From an uncultured Thermodesulfobacteriota bacterium (lineage in GTDB: Bacteria > Desulfobacterota > GWC2-55-46 > JADFVP01): DNA of 64,000 bases. Position 1 is the first letter of the stretch; every line of letters begins with the position of its first letter. The notes below the pieces were generated by a model. That model was not told where the DNA came from and did no database searches. It was given only the letters and a program-made list of their open reading frames with translations. Position numbers and translations under genes: made by a program. Shown in pieces: positions 41,414-50,214 of the stretch. The stretch spans positions 8,447 through 72,446 of the forward strand of contig CAZEBZ010000002.1 in the NCBI GenBank assembly GCA_964510775.1. The letters run 5' to 3'.

Positions 41414-42304
41414 TTAGCGCCCTTTAATCTTTTTCACGGCAGGCGTCTTCTTTACGTCCTGAGTATCTTTAATCTTTTTCACCTTCTTCTCAATGGCCTC
41501 GGCGCGCTTCTTATAATCAGCGGCCTCGGTATTGGCGGGGTCAACGGCAAGCACCTTCTTCCACTCTCTTATGGCAAGGGCAAGCTCCTCTTTCTGAAAA
41601 AGAGTTACGCCCTCTTTGATATGACGGTCTATAAAATTCTTGCGCTCAAGACGGGCGAGATTTAAAAAAAGCTCGGCGTCTTTATAATCAGGCACAATCT
41701 TAAGCGCCTCTGTAAAGTGCTTTATGGCTTTATTATATTTACCTGAGATAAAATAAAGCTTACCCTTTACGTAGTGATGTCCCGCTTTTTTCTCAGGGCC
41801 AACATCTCTCTTTTTGGCCTTACGTATCTTCTTTCTTATCTCTTCAAGCCCGGGCAATGGCTGGCCGGGATTCTCACTGCTTAAAATTTTGTTAAGAAGG
41901 GTATGCTTTTTTCTCGCCCACTTATTTGATGGATTAATACGAAGGGCAGTATCATACTCTTTAAGGGCTTTGTGCAGTATACCCGCCTTCTCATAGGCCT
42001 CGGCAAGCTCCACATGCTCTGTTGAGAGTTTAAGGGCAAGTCTGTTAATATCCTTCAGGAGTTTTTGAGCTCGGCTGTACGCAGGGTCTGTCTCTACTAT
42101 GTCACCGGCCTTGTCCCTTGCCTGAGATATAGCACCGCGCTCATAGAGTATCTCTGCCTGCCTGTAATCAGTACCAAGGACATAATCAGTCCCTGTCCCC
42201 GCGCAGCCGGAGAAGAGGACAGAGGCCAAGACCACGAGGCTAAGGTAAAAACCCCTCCTCGCCCATGGTTCTGATAGTCCTCTCAACAACTTGCTCAATC
42301 TCAA
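41414..42304 (-). CDS. TPR-repeat lipoprotein
   Basis: 296 aa. A lipobox-like signal (VLFSGC) is followed by multiple 34-residue TPR repeats (AEAYEKAGILHKALKEYDTALRINP and others). The annotated start overlaps the upstream cyclase gene by 65 nt, so the true start may be an internal non-ATG codon. Confidence 0.7.
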   Translation of the reverse strand: MRLSKLLRGLSEPWARRGFYLSLVVLASVLFSGCAGTGTDYVLGTDYRQAEILYERGAISQARDKAGDIVETDPAYSRAQKLLKDINRLALKLSTEHVELAEAYEKAGILHKALKEYDTALRINPSNKWARKKHTLLNKILSSENPGQPLPGLEEIRKKIRKAKKRDVGPEKKAGHHYVKGKLYFISGKYNKAIKHFTEALKIVPDYKDAELFLNLARLERKNFIDRHIKEGVTLFQKEELALAIREWKKVLAVDPANTEAADYKKRAEAIEKKVKKIKDTQDVKKTPAVKKIKGR

Positions 42305-43664
42305 CCCTCCTATTATCCTTCAACTCAACTATACTATAAAGCCCGATTGGCTTGTCAACACCTTTTATTGCCGCAGGCGCTACCTTCTGACAATGGGCGT
42401 ATTTCTTCACCCGCGCATAAAGCCCCTCGTTTATAAGTATCTCACCTCCGCCTGCTATATCAGATAACCGCGAGGCCATGTTCACTGCCTCGCCGACTGC
42501 CGTATACTCCATCCTCTGTCTCGAACCCATGTTGCCTACAATCACAGGGCCGGAATCAAGGCCAAGGCCCATACGCACAGCGGGCTCACCGCGCTCCTGC
42601 CTCAGGGCATTTACGCGCCTTAGGACATCCCTTATGGCAACAGTCGTCTTGACCGCCTCCTCCAGATGAGAAGGATTGGCAATAGGAGCGCCAAATACGC
42701 ACATTACGGCATCGCCGATAAACTTATCCACCGTGCCGCCGCAGGTAAAGACTACCTCCGTAATAAGGCTGAAGTATTTATTCAATATCTCAACTGTCTG
42801 CTCCGGACTCATGCTCCGGGCATGACGGGTAAAGCCGCGTATATCAGCGAAAAAAACAGTAAGATCGCGTCGTTCGCCGCCAAGATCAAGGCTCTCGGGC
42901 TCTCTTAATATCTCATCGGCCACATCAGGGCTGACATAGAGATTAAAGACCCCTCTCATAACCTCCTTTTTCTTCAGCTCCGCGGCCATATGGTTAAATG
43001 AGCGCACAAGCTCGCCCACCTCGTCTCTTCTCCCTTCAGGTATCTTATAATCAAAATTTCCCATAACTATCTCCTTCGTACCTTTGAGGAGCATGAATAT
43101 GGGCCTTAAAAATCCTGAGGCAAGGGGTATAGAGATAAAAGAGACGAAGATTATAGCCAGCATGGTGATAATAACGAGGCTCATTACCGCGGCCCTTACC
43201 CTCTCGACGATAAAGGCCTTTGAGAAAGAGAGTACCGTGTAGCCAACCTTGGTATCCTTAAAAAAAACAGGCATGGCGTAGGTAATGGAGCCCTCTCCCT
43301 CAGATATCACCCATGGATAGGCGCCGCGCGCCGCATTGATACGGTTTGCGAGAAAAAATCTCTCGCCCACGCTCCGCATATCCCTAACGGCCTTGACCAT
43401 GAGGCTCTCGTTCAGTATGTATGCCTTTGAGATTGATGGATTTTTAAGAATATTCTCAATGAGCTGGCTCATTGCGAGGCTGTCGTTCTCAAGGAGGGGG
43501 AACTTACTGTTACGGGAAAAACTGCCTGTAATAGTTCCGGCCATGGACTTTATCTGCGATTCCATGGAGTGTTTCTGATTCAGCACCATGAAGACGCCCA
43601 TGACAGTGGTAATGGCGCAAAACAGGATGGAGAGGATTATGGCGTACTTTAACTTTATGCCCAT
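42240..43664 (-). CDS. Membrane-bound class III adenylate/guanylate cyclase with periplasmic sensor and HAMP domain
   Basis: 474 aa with two TM segments flanking a roughly 140-aa periplasmic domain, a HAMP domain (VGELVRSFNHMAAEL), and a CHD cyclase domain (FADIRGFTRHA...GDAVMCVFG). Confidence 0.8.
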   Translation of the reverse strand: MGIKLKYAIILSILFCAITTVMGVFMVLNQKHSMESQIKSMAGTITGSFSRNSKFPLLENDSLAMSQLIENILKNPSISKAYILNESLMVKAVRDMRSVGERFFLANRINAARGAYPWVISEGEGSITYAMPVFFKDTKVGYTVLSFSKAFIVERVRAAVMSLVIITMLAIIFVSFISIPLASGFLRPIFMLLKGTKEIVMGNFDYKIPEGRRDEVGELVRSFNHMAAELKKKEVMRGVFNLYVSPDVADEILREPESLDLGGERRDLTVFFADIRGFTRHARSMSPEQTVEILNKYFSLITEVVFTCGGTVDKFIGDAVMCVFGAPIANPSHLEEAVKTTVAIRDVLRRVNALRQERGEPAVRMGLGLDSGPVIVGNMGSRQRMEYTAVGEAVNMASRLSDIAGGGEILINEGLYARVKKYAHCQKVAPAAIKGVDKPIGLYSIVELKDNRRVEIEQVVERTIRTMGEEGFLP

Positions 43665-43809
43665 TTATTCTCTCTTATACCCCTTTTTACACATTATCGA
43701 CTCAGTTAGAGCCCTATGATGGCGGGATACAACCAACTATGCCTATACAAACCAGGGCGCGTCTTAAATACGCGGCCTCTTGCGGCGAGGCATAAGACCG
43801 CCGCAGATA

Positions 43810-44223
43810 AGAGAAAGACGCCCGAGGGTATCATGTAAGCCGGATCCTGTAATCCCTCTGTAGAGAGAGACGGCGGCCATTCATCTGGGACCTGCGTTGC
43901 CGCAGGCCTCAAGCAACCTACCCGTTCCGCCCGCTCTCACAGAGGAGAGACGAAGGGCGGGCCGCCCTTGAAGCGGAACCTATTCGGTCTTGCACCGGGA
44001 GGGGGTTGCCAAGCCCTGCCAGTCACCTGGCAGGCTGGTGGGCTCTTACCCCGCCTTTTCACCCTTACCCCTTATGTAAAGGGGCGGTATATTTTCTGTG
44101 GCCCTGTCCCTGGGGTCTCCCCCGGTCGCCGTTAGCGACCTCCCTGCTCTGCGGTGTCCGGACTTTCCTCCACCTGCTAATGCAGACAGCGGCCGCCCAA
44201 TACCCTCGGGCGTCTTTCCAGTA
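43810..44223 (-). ncRNA. rnpB: RNase P RNA, bacterial type A (rnpB)
   Basis: The reverse complement contains GGAGGAAAGUCCGGAC (P4 5' strand), AAGGGUGAAAAGGCGGGGUAAGAGCCCACCAG (P10/11-P12 region), GGUGCAAGACCGAAUAGG, and ACAGGAUCCGGCUUACA (P4 3' strand). The P1 pairing GAAAGACGCCCGAGGGUAU/AUACCCUCGGGCGUCUUUC fixes the ends to within about 10 nt. Confidence 0.85.
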
Positions 44224-44331
44224 AGGGCTCCTCAAATAAAAAAAAGAGGCCATTACATTAAGTGTTTATAATACGCTGAAATGAGTGAAAAAATCAAGGC
44301 TAACGCGAAGAATCCGCAGTGGAGATAAAGG

Positions 44332-44946
44332 CTATCTCGCCGCGTCCATAGCCTCGTTGGCAAGGCCGTCGGCAACGTTGTTATCAGAGCGAGGAATATG
44401 TCTTATGCTAAAGGCCTCGAATTGATTCATAAGCCCCACAACCTCGGCGTAAAGTGGTCTTAGTACAGGGCTCTTTACCTTGTACCTACCGCTGACCTGG
44501 CGCACCATAAGCTCTGAATCGGCAAAAATATTTATATGCAGCACGGCGAGCTTGCGGGCCGCCTTAAGGCCCATTATAAGGGCCATATACTCGGCCCTGT
44601 TATTCGTGCCCACTCCAAGGGCTTTTTTCAGCCTCTTTACAACAACTCCGCCGGGCTCTATTATTACCGCCCCCGCACCCGAAGGGCCGGGGTTTCCGCG
44701 TGAGCCGCCGTCTACATAAAGCTTATAGGCCTTGTCCTTTACAGGGGCCTTTTTTTTCAGCAGCGCAGGCTTTATTGAGGCAGTTGGAGAAGCGGTTCTC
44801 TTCGAGGAGATAAGCCCCCGCAGCAGCACTCTGGCCTCAGCCTTTGAGATACTCAGTTCTTTAATGGATTTTTCAAGATCAAGGGTCTCGGCAAGTGAGA
44901 TAAGAAGCGACTCGCCAGATGGTGTAAGGGTATTCTTTTGAGGCAT
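44332..44946 (-). CDS. Ribonuclease HI family protein with a ~70-aa N-terminal extension
   Basis: 204 aa. The RNase H fold motifs are YVDGGSRGNPGPSGAG...NNRAEYMALIMGL...ADSELMV...SDNNVADGLA, carrying the DEDD catalytic residues. Confidence 0.75.
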   Translation of the reverse strand: MPQKNTLTPSGESLLISLAETLDLEKSIKELSISKAEARVLLRGLISSKRTASPTASIKPALLKKKAPVKDKAYKLYVDGGSRGNPGPSGAGAVIIEPGGVVVKRLKKALGVGTNNRAEYMALIMGLKAARKLAVLHINIFADSELMVRQVSGRYKVKSPVLRPLYAEVVGLMNQFEAFSIRHIPRSDNNVADGLANEAMDAAR

Positions 44947-44948
44947 AC

Positions 44949-45650
44949 TCAGGGGGCCTCAGTAGCGGCAGGGGTTTGCTCTACATAAAGTATTCTATCG
45001 CAGTGCGGACACCTGATGATTTCTTCTTCGCCCTTGCAGAGTTGCACATAGATCTGAGTGGGCACATGCATATAACAGCCCTGACAGGCCTCCTTTTTAA
45101 GAGGAACAACTGCCAGCCCGCCCCTTCTCTCTCTTATATTCTCATAAAGGCGGTACTTGCCATCATCAAGAGCTGCGCGCAGGGTCTCGCGCTCCGCCTT
45201 CCTGGCCTTTAGGGCCTCTTGCCAGGGGGCGCCTTTTGCCTCAAGCTCACCGCGAAGGGACTCTATCTCAGCATTAATCTCCTCGACCTCAAGCACCCTT
45301 GCTTCCCTCAGCACCCCTTGCTCAGTCTGGCGTACAGTTAGGTCAGATGACTCTTTCTCGGCCTGACGGATTATCTTTCCAGCAGTACTCGTCTCTTTAT
45401 TCAGGGCCTTCAGTTCTTTATTACCGCTAACAGAGCGTATACGCTCCTCATTTTTTCTTATTCTATCATTGGCCTGAGTGATGCGAAGGGCCACCTCACT
45501 AATAGAGGCCCCAAGGGCCTCTATCTCATTATCTATAAGGACAAGACCGCCGTTAATCTGCTCCAGTCTCGCAGTCAGAGTCTCTATCTTTTTTGTATAA
45601 GCACTTGCCTCGTCATCCATGCCCTTTATGACAAGGTCTATCTTCTGCAT
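44949..45650 (-). CDS. C4-type zinc-ribbon coiled-coil protein (COG1579/DUF164 family)
   Basis: The long coiled-coil ends in CQGCYMHVP...CPHCDRILY. The ORF track extends to 45818, but that extension runs through a tRNA gene, so I place the start at the Met of MQKIDLVIKG. Confidence 0.6.
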   Translation of the reverse strand: MQKIDLVIKGMDDEASAYTKKIETLTARLEQINGGLVLIDNEIEALGASISEVALRITQANDRIRKNEERIRSVSGNKELKALNKETSTAGKIIRQAEKESSDLTVRQTEQGVLREARVLEVEEINAEIESLRGELEAKGAPWQEALKARKAERETLRAALDDGKYRLYENIRERRGGLAVVPLKKEACQGCYMHVPTQIYVQLCKGEEEIIRCPHCDRILYVEQTPAATEAP

Positions 45651-45700
45651 ACCTGCAAGTGTTAGTAAGGAGTTTGACAAGGGTATCTCCAGAGAAAAAT

Positions 45701-45776
45701 TGGTGGGCCCACCAGGACTCGAACCTGGGACCGACCGGTTATGAGCCGGTGGCTCTTCCAACTGAGCTATGGGCCC
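45701..45776 (-). tRNA. tRNA with CAU anticodon (elongator Met, or Ile2 if lysidinylated), CCA encoded
   Basis: The reverse complement is GGGCCCATAGCTCAGTTGGAAGAGCCACCGGCTCATAACCGGTCGGTCCCAGGTTCGAGTCCTGGTGGGCCCACCA. It has a 7-bp acceptor stem, a GTTCGAGTC T-loop, and the anticodon loop CTCATAA. Confidence 0.85.
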
Positions 45777-46013
45777 CGCGCAATGGCTGAAACGTAAAAG
45801 ATGCTTACCGCAAAGCACAGAGGCCTCTTTGCGGGAAATACTGCCGAGGGGAAAGGATATTTACCGTCAAAAATTCATTTTATTCAAATACACTCCACCT
45901 TGTCAAGGTCTTTAACCGGAGAGCGCCCTTAAGCAAGTACAATTTAGGGCTAAAAGACATGTACAAGTGAAAATCACCTGAGAGTAGAGCCGTTATAACG
46001 GTGAGGGGGGAAA

Positions 46014-48623
46014 TCACTTCCCGCCACGGGTAAGGACTTCTTTTACAAAGGTTATCTCCTCGTCTTTACTGCATATCTCTCCATCAAGACGCTTTAGGAG
46101 CAGGGCGGAAATAGTACGCCCTATCTGCGGCCCCTCGGGCACTCCAAGGCCCAGAAGCTCGGAGCCTGTAAGGGCCGGGGCAGTACCCCTTAAGCGGGTA
46201 ATATAAGTAGAGAGGCTCTTCTTAACAGCCTCATCTTCTGTACGGGCCATCATGTATAATAACCCCTCAATGGGCAATAAAGAGAGTAAGGTGTACAGCT
46301 CACTATTGGAAAAGGGAATTTCTCTGCCAAGAGACTTTAAGGCTCTCCGATAGACCCGCCTTCGCGAGATTATATCCACTGTTTTCTTGTCTACTATGGA
46401 GAGCCTTGTTCTAATACCCCTCATCATAACCTCGCTCAGCCCGTCTGTAAGGACAAGAAAGAGAACCACCCACTCTGCGAGCTGCTCACCTGTGTACAAG
46501 AGTTTAAACCAGCCCAGCGCCTCTCTTGCCCTCTCAAAAAAGGCCTCATCTCTCGCGTTAAAGGTAATTCCGCTGTGTATAAGGGGAAGAAGACCGAGCC
46601 GGCCGAGGGCCTTTATTGCCTTTAATGCCGTCTCCTCATCAAGAATGCTTCGCAGCTCCTCAAGGAGACGAGGCCCCGAGAGATGGCTGAAGACCCCGAG
46701 CCTTACGGCCTTCTTAATAAGTTTTTTCGTATGGGGCTCGATAGTAAAACCGAACTTGACGGCAAACCTCACGGCCCTGAAGGCGCGCGTAGGGTCCTCG
46801 ATAAAACTCAGGTTATGGAGTACGCGTATCTTCTTTTCTTTTATATCACGGCGGCCCCCGAAAAAATCTATAAGGCTCCCAAAGGAGTCGGGGTTTAGCT
46901 CCACGGCGAGGGTATTGATTATAAAGTCACGCCTGTATATATCAAGTTTCAGTGAGGACTGCTCTACTGTTGGCAGCGCCCCGGGGCTCTCATAATACTC
47001 AAGACGCGCCGTGGCAACATCTACTTTAAATCCGTCAGGAAATATTAAGACCGCTGTCTTGAACCTCTTATGCGAGCGCACTCTGAGGTTGTTTTCTTTA
47101 GCGTAAGAGCGAGCAAAGGTTATGGCGTCGCCATGCTCGATAACTATATCCACGTCGAGATTATCTCTGCCAAGGAGAAGGTCGCGGACAAAACCGCCTA
47201 CTACATAAGCGCGGCAATTAAGGGCCTCGGCAATGCCGCCAAGAGATGCCAGCCTCTCCATAAGCCACTGCGGAAGCCTCTCTCTCATAAGGTTAGCCAC
47301 TACCTTGACCCTCGGCCCCGTCCCATACTCGCTGCCAATATCCCTCTGCAGGAGCCGCAGTATATCCGTCCTCGTAATAACCCCCCTGACACTGTGCCCC
47401 TGTAGCACAGGTATGAGCCGCTGCCCGTGTCTTACGAACATCTCCCTTATCTCCCCAAGAGAGGTATCCGGCCCTACGCACTCCACATCAGTACTCATGA
47501 AGTCGGCGATTTCCTCATCGCCGAGGCCGTGATATACTGCCTTGTCAATAGTCTGGCGCGTTATCACACCAGTGAAGAGACCGCCCTCAACTACGGGGAT
47601 AGCGTTAATATTATACCTGCCGAGTATTGCCGAGGCCTGCCGTAAAGGTGTATCTGACTCAACAGTAATAGGGGGAAAACTCATAATATCCGCTGCACTC
47701 TCCGTTGGCGGCACAGCTCGCTTCAACGCGCCGAGAAGAGTTGCTCTTGCCTCTGTAAGGGTAAGGCCCTTTAACGTAACAGAGGCGGCATGGGCATGAC
47801 CTCCGCCGCCAAGAAGCTTTAATACATGACCCACGTTTACACCTCTGGCCTTACTTCTCGCAACAACATGAACCCTCTCGCCGGAATCCACAAGCATAAA
47901 GAGAGACTCCATGCCCTCTATATCTCGAATCTTGTGGGCGAGTATGGAGATGTCTCCGCCGTGTTCTGTAAAGGTACCCTCGGCAATCACGATCTCGCGG
48001 CCGCCAAAGGTCACGGTAGTCTCGTTCTTAAGGAGCTCGTTTAAAAAAGATACCTCCTCAGGCGTTAACTCCCTGGTGAGCATATCAGATAAGGCCGAGA
48101 GGTCTGCTCCGGCCTCAAGAAGATAGGCCGCCGCATTAAGGTCATTCACTGTAGTAGAGGGGTAAGTAAGGGAACCCGTATCCTCATAGATGCCTGCCAT
48201 CATTACCGTAGCCTCGGCGGCACTCACCTTCAACCCCTTATCTCGCAATATCTCAGTAATCACCGTAGTAGTAGAGCCGTACTCCTTTACTACCTCAAGA
48301 GTACCAGAGAGGTCTCCCTCTGAGGCGGGGTGATGGTCATAGATATGAACCTCAAGGCCCTCTTTGCCTATTATATCGGCAAAGGCCCCAAGCCTTGCGG
48401 GGCTGCGCACATCAACGAGTATGAGGCGGGTAACAAGGGCAAGATCTATGTCTTTAACCCTGTAAAATGTCTCTTGAAGACCAGCGGTGGAGAGGGCCTC
48501 CTTGAGAGTCTTCTCAAGGGAGCCGGGAAAGACGAGCTTTGCCTGCGGATAGAGCTTATGGGCGCCTATCATAGAGCCCAGAGTATCAAAGTCCGCGTTT
48601 ATATGGGCGGATATAACTTCCAT
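46014..48623 (-). CDS. Multidomain CCA tRNA nucleotidyltransferase: DHH-DHHA1 phosphoesterase + tandem CBS + poly(A) polymerase/CCA head + HD domain
   Basis: 869 aa. The N-terminus carries NrnA-like DHH motifs (HINADFDTLGS, HIYDHHPA) and a DHHA1 segment (GGGGHAHAAS). The middle has CBS pairs. The C-terminal half carries GGFVRDLLLGRDNLDVDIVIE, the class II nucleotidyltransferase signature, followed by a helical tRNA-binding region. Confidence 0.8.
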   Translation of the reverse strand: MEVISAHINADFDTLGSMIGAHKLYPQAKLVFPGSLEKTLKEALSTAGLQETFYRVKDIDLALVTRLILVDVRSPARLGAFADIIGKEGLEVHIYDHHPASEGDLSGTLEVVKEYGSTTTVITEILRDKGLKVSAAEATVMMAGIYEDTGSLTYPSTTVNDLNAAAYLLEAGADLSALSDMLTRELTPEEVSFLNELLKNETTVTFGGREIVIAEGTFTEHGGDISILAHKIRDIEGMESLFMLVDSGERVHVVARSKARGVNVGHVLKLLGGGGHAHAASVTLKGLTLTEARATLLGALKRAVPPTESAADIMSFPPITVESDTPLRQASAILGRYNINAIPVVEGGLFTGVITRQTIDKAVYHGLGDEEIADFMSTDVECVGPDTSLGEIREMFVRHGQRLIPVLQGHSVRGVITRTDILRLLQRDIGSEYGTGPRVKVVANLMRERLPQWLMERLASLGGIAEALNCRAYVVGGFVRDLLLGRDNLDVDIVIEHGDAITFARSYAKENNLRVRSHKRFKTAVLIFPDGFKVDVATARLEYYESPGALPTVEQSSLKLDIYRRDFIINTLAVELNPDSFGSLIDFFGGRRDIKEKKIRVLHNLSFIEDPTRAFRAVRFAVKFGFTIEPHTKKLIKKAVRLGVFSHLSGPRLLEELRSILDEETALKAIKALGRLGLLPLIHSGITFNARDEAFFERAREALGWFKLLYTGEQLAEWVVLFLVLTDGLSEVMMRGIRTRLSIVDKKTVDIISRRRVYRRALKSLGREIPFSNSELYTLLSLLPIEGLLYMMARTEDEAVKKSLSTYITRLRGTAPALTGSELLGLGVPEGPQIGRTISALLLKRLDGEICSKDEEITFVKEVLTRGGK

Positions 48624-48709
48624 GAGAGTATCTTAACACAACTGAACCCCCCGTGCCAAAAGGAGCTGCCGCGGAGGGTTCAATAGATACATCTAAACCT
48701 ATAAAAGTA

Positions 48710-49654
48710 CTAAAAGAGTGTCTTTCTCTTTTTCTTTTTCTTTTTCTGCTTTTTCTTCTTCTCTTCCTCTTCTTTAGCTTTTTTATCGGCCTCGGCCTTG
48801 GCCGCGGCCTTCTCTTTCACAACATCAGCGCCTGTAATCCAGTCCGGTATGGCACGCTCTACGGAGTGACAGCGAAAACAATTTTCAAGAGGAAAGGCCA
48901 CCTTGCCGTGACAAGCGCCGCAGTACTCTCCGTCTATAATCTTCATCATATCCATAGCAGCATTACCGCCCTCTTTCGCCTTAAAGCGCCCCGGGTGACA
49001 GGCCGCGCAGTCAAGTACCTCGGTATGAGACTTATGTGGGAAGAGGACATCAGGCGGGACTGCGGAGAATTTACTGCGGGCATAGGCAGGAAGCACTACG
49101 TCCTTTTTAAGCGCCTTCAGCTGTCCCTTACCGTCAAGAGAGGATTTTGGAGTAATCTTATTCTCATGGAGGGCCTTGACCCAGTCAACCTTGTTGCCAA
49201 AATCACTAGCGGGAAAGCCCCTAAGGGCCTCCTTAATACCGCTATTCTCCACGACCTTCTTACCATAGGAATGGCAGCGATTGCATGTCTTCGTACTAAA
49301 AGCCTCTCTTCCGTTATGACAGGCGCCGCATTTTCCCCCGCTCTCAATATCGCTATGCCTTATATCCGTAAAGCCTGCCTTCCAGGCAAATCCAAGATCC
49401 TTGTGACAGACATTACATGTATAAAACCTCCTGTGCGCCCAGTGTTTAAAGACAACAGGGGCCACACCATCGGCGGCCTTAATATTCTTCTTCATCACAA
49501 CAGAGCCGTACCAGGAAGGCGGTAATACTTTATTGTAACCATCCCCTGTTACGGTGCGGGGCCCTGCCGCTGAGGAAGAGATAAATTGCGGCGCCGCTAT
49601 GACAAATAGAGCAAGAAGAACTATCTCTATGATATGCGTACAAAAACGTTTCAA
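48710..49654 (-). CDS. Hexaheme c-type cytochrome built from c7/c3-like modules, with a poly-lysine C-terminal tail
   Basis: 314 aa with a signal peptide and six CxxCH motifs (CNVCH, CGACH, CNRCH, CAACH, CGACH, CFRCH). The distal His contexts are c3/c7-like (VVFKHWAHRRF, VLFPHKSHTEVL). The C-terminus is KAKEEEEKKKKQKKKKKKRK. Confidence 0.8.
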   Translation of the reverse strand: MKRFCTHIIEIVLLALFVIAAPQFISSSAAGPRTVTGDGYNKVLPPSWYGSVVMKKNIKAADGVAPVVFKHWAHRRFYTCNVCHKDLGFAWKAGFTDIRHSDIESGGKCGACHNGREAFSTKTCNRCHSYGKKVVENSGIKEALRGFPASDFGNKVDWVKALHENKITPKSSLDGKGQLKALKKDVVLPAYARSKFSAVPPDVLFPHKSHTEVLDCAACHPGRFKAKEGGNAAMDMMKIIDGEYCGACHGKVAFPLENCFRCHSVERAIPDWITGADVVKEKAAAKAEADKKAKEEEEKKKKQKKKKKKRKTLF

Positions 49655-49682
49655 TATAAAAAGACCTCCCTGACAAGAATTT

Positions 49683-50072
49683 TTAATAGCCCCTGTGACA
49701 GGCCGAGCACAGACGCAGATAATCTATCCTCAGCATATTTGGGTACTCTGACTTATTATGAGCATCATGGCATGTGTAGCACACAAGCTTACCACTCTTA
49801 TCAAGGGGCATACGCCTGCTTATGTTTATCCTCGGTCTCTTACCTATGGGGTGTTTTGCCACAGGGTGATTGCCGAGCTGCTCCTTATGGCAACGCGTGC
49901 AGAGAGTAACTGTATCTAACTTTAAGGAAGGCATCTCGCTGCCATGACAGTAAGAGCAACTCTCTTTATTCTCCCACTCATGGGGATTGACGCCGTGACC
50001 CGCCGCCAAAGAGACACGCGGCAGGGTAAGCAACGAGAGGAATAAAAAGACTGCAAGAGCGAGACCCGCCAT
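49683..50072 (-). CDS. Small tetraheme c-type cytochrome
   Basis: Four CxxCH motifs (CSYCH, CTRCH, CYTCH, CSACH) in about 130 aa. The start is placed at the internal Met preceding the signal peptide MAGLALAVFLFL; the ORF track starts at 50135. Confidence 0.75.
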   Translation of the reverse strand: MAGLALAVFLFLSLLTLPRVSLAAGHGVNPHEWENKESCSYCHGSEMPSLKLDTVTLCTRCHKEQLGNHPVAKHPIGKRPRINISRRMPLDKSGKLVCYTCHDAHNKSEYPNMLRIDYLRLCSACHRGY

Positions 50073-50214
50073 TATCCACCGCAAATGAGTGCGAGTACTA
50101 CCTCTATTTATCAAGACAGGCGCATAAATGCCCATGACCGTGCCTCCACCCTATCTTTCCATCACAGCGGGCCTTGCTCCGGTGATAATCAAAAAAACTC
50201 ACAGAGAGCCCACT

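Noticed and set aside
43706-44253. Three small ORFs (68, 72 and 62 aa) on both strands
   Set aside because: They overlap the RNase P RNA gene, whose conserved P4 and P10-12 sequences are clearly present.
44949-45818. Full-length 289-aa version of the zinc-ribbon ORF
   Set aside because: The N-terminal 56 codons run through the tRNA-CAU gene at 45701-45776 and lack homology. The gene is truncated to start at 45650.
48653-49525. 290-aa plus-strand ORF beginning with a poly-Phe/Leu stretch
   Set aside because: Antisense shadow of the hexaheme cytochrome gene. The FLFLLFLL stretch is the complement of the poly-Lys tail codons.
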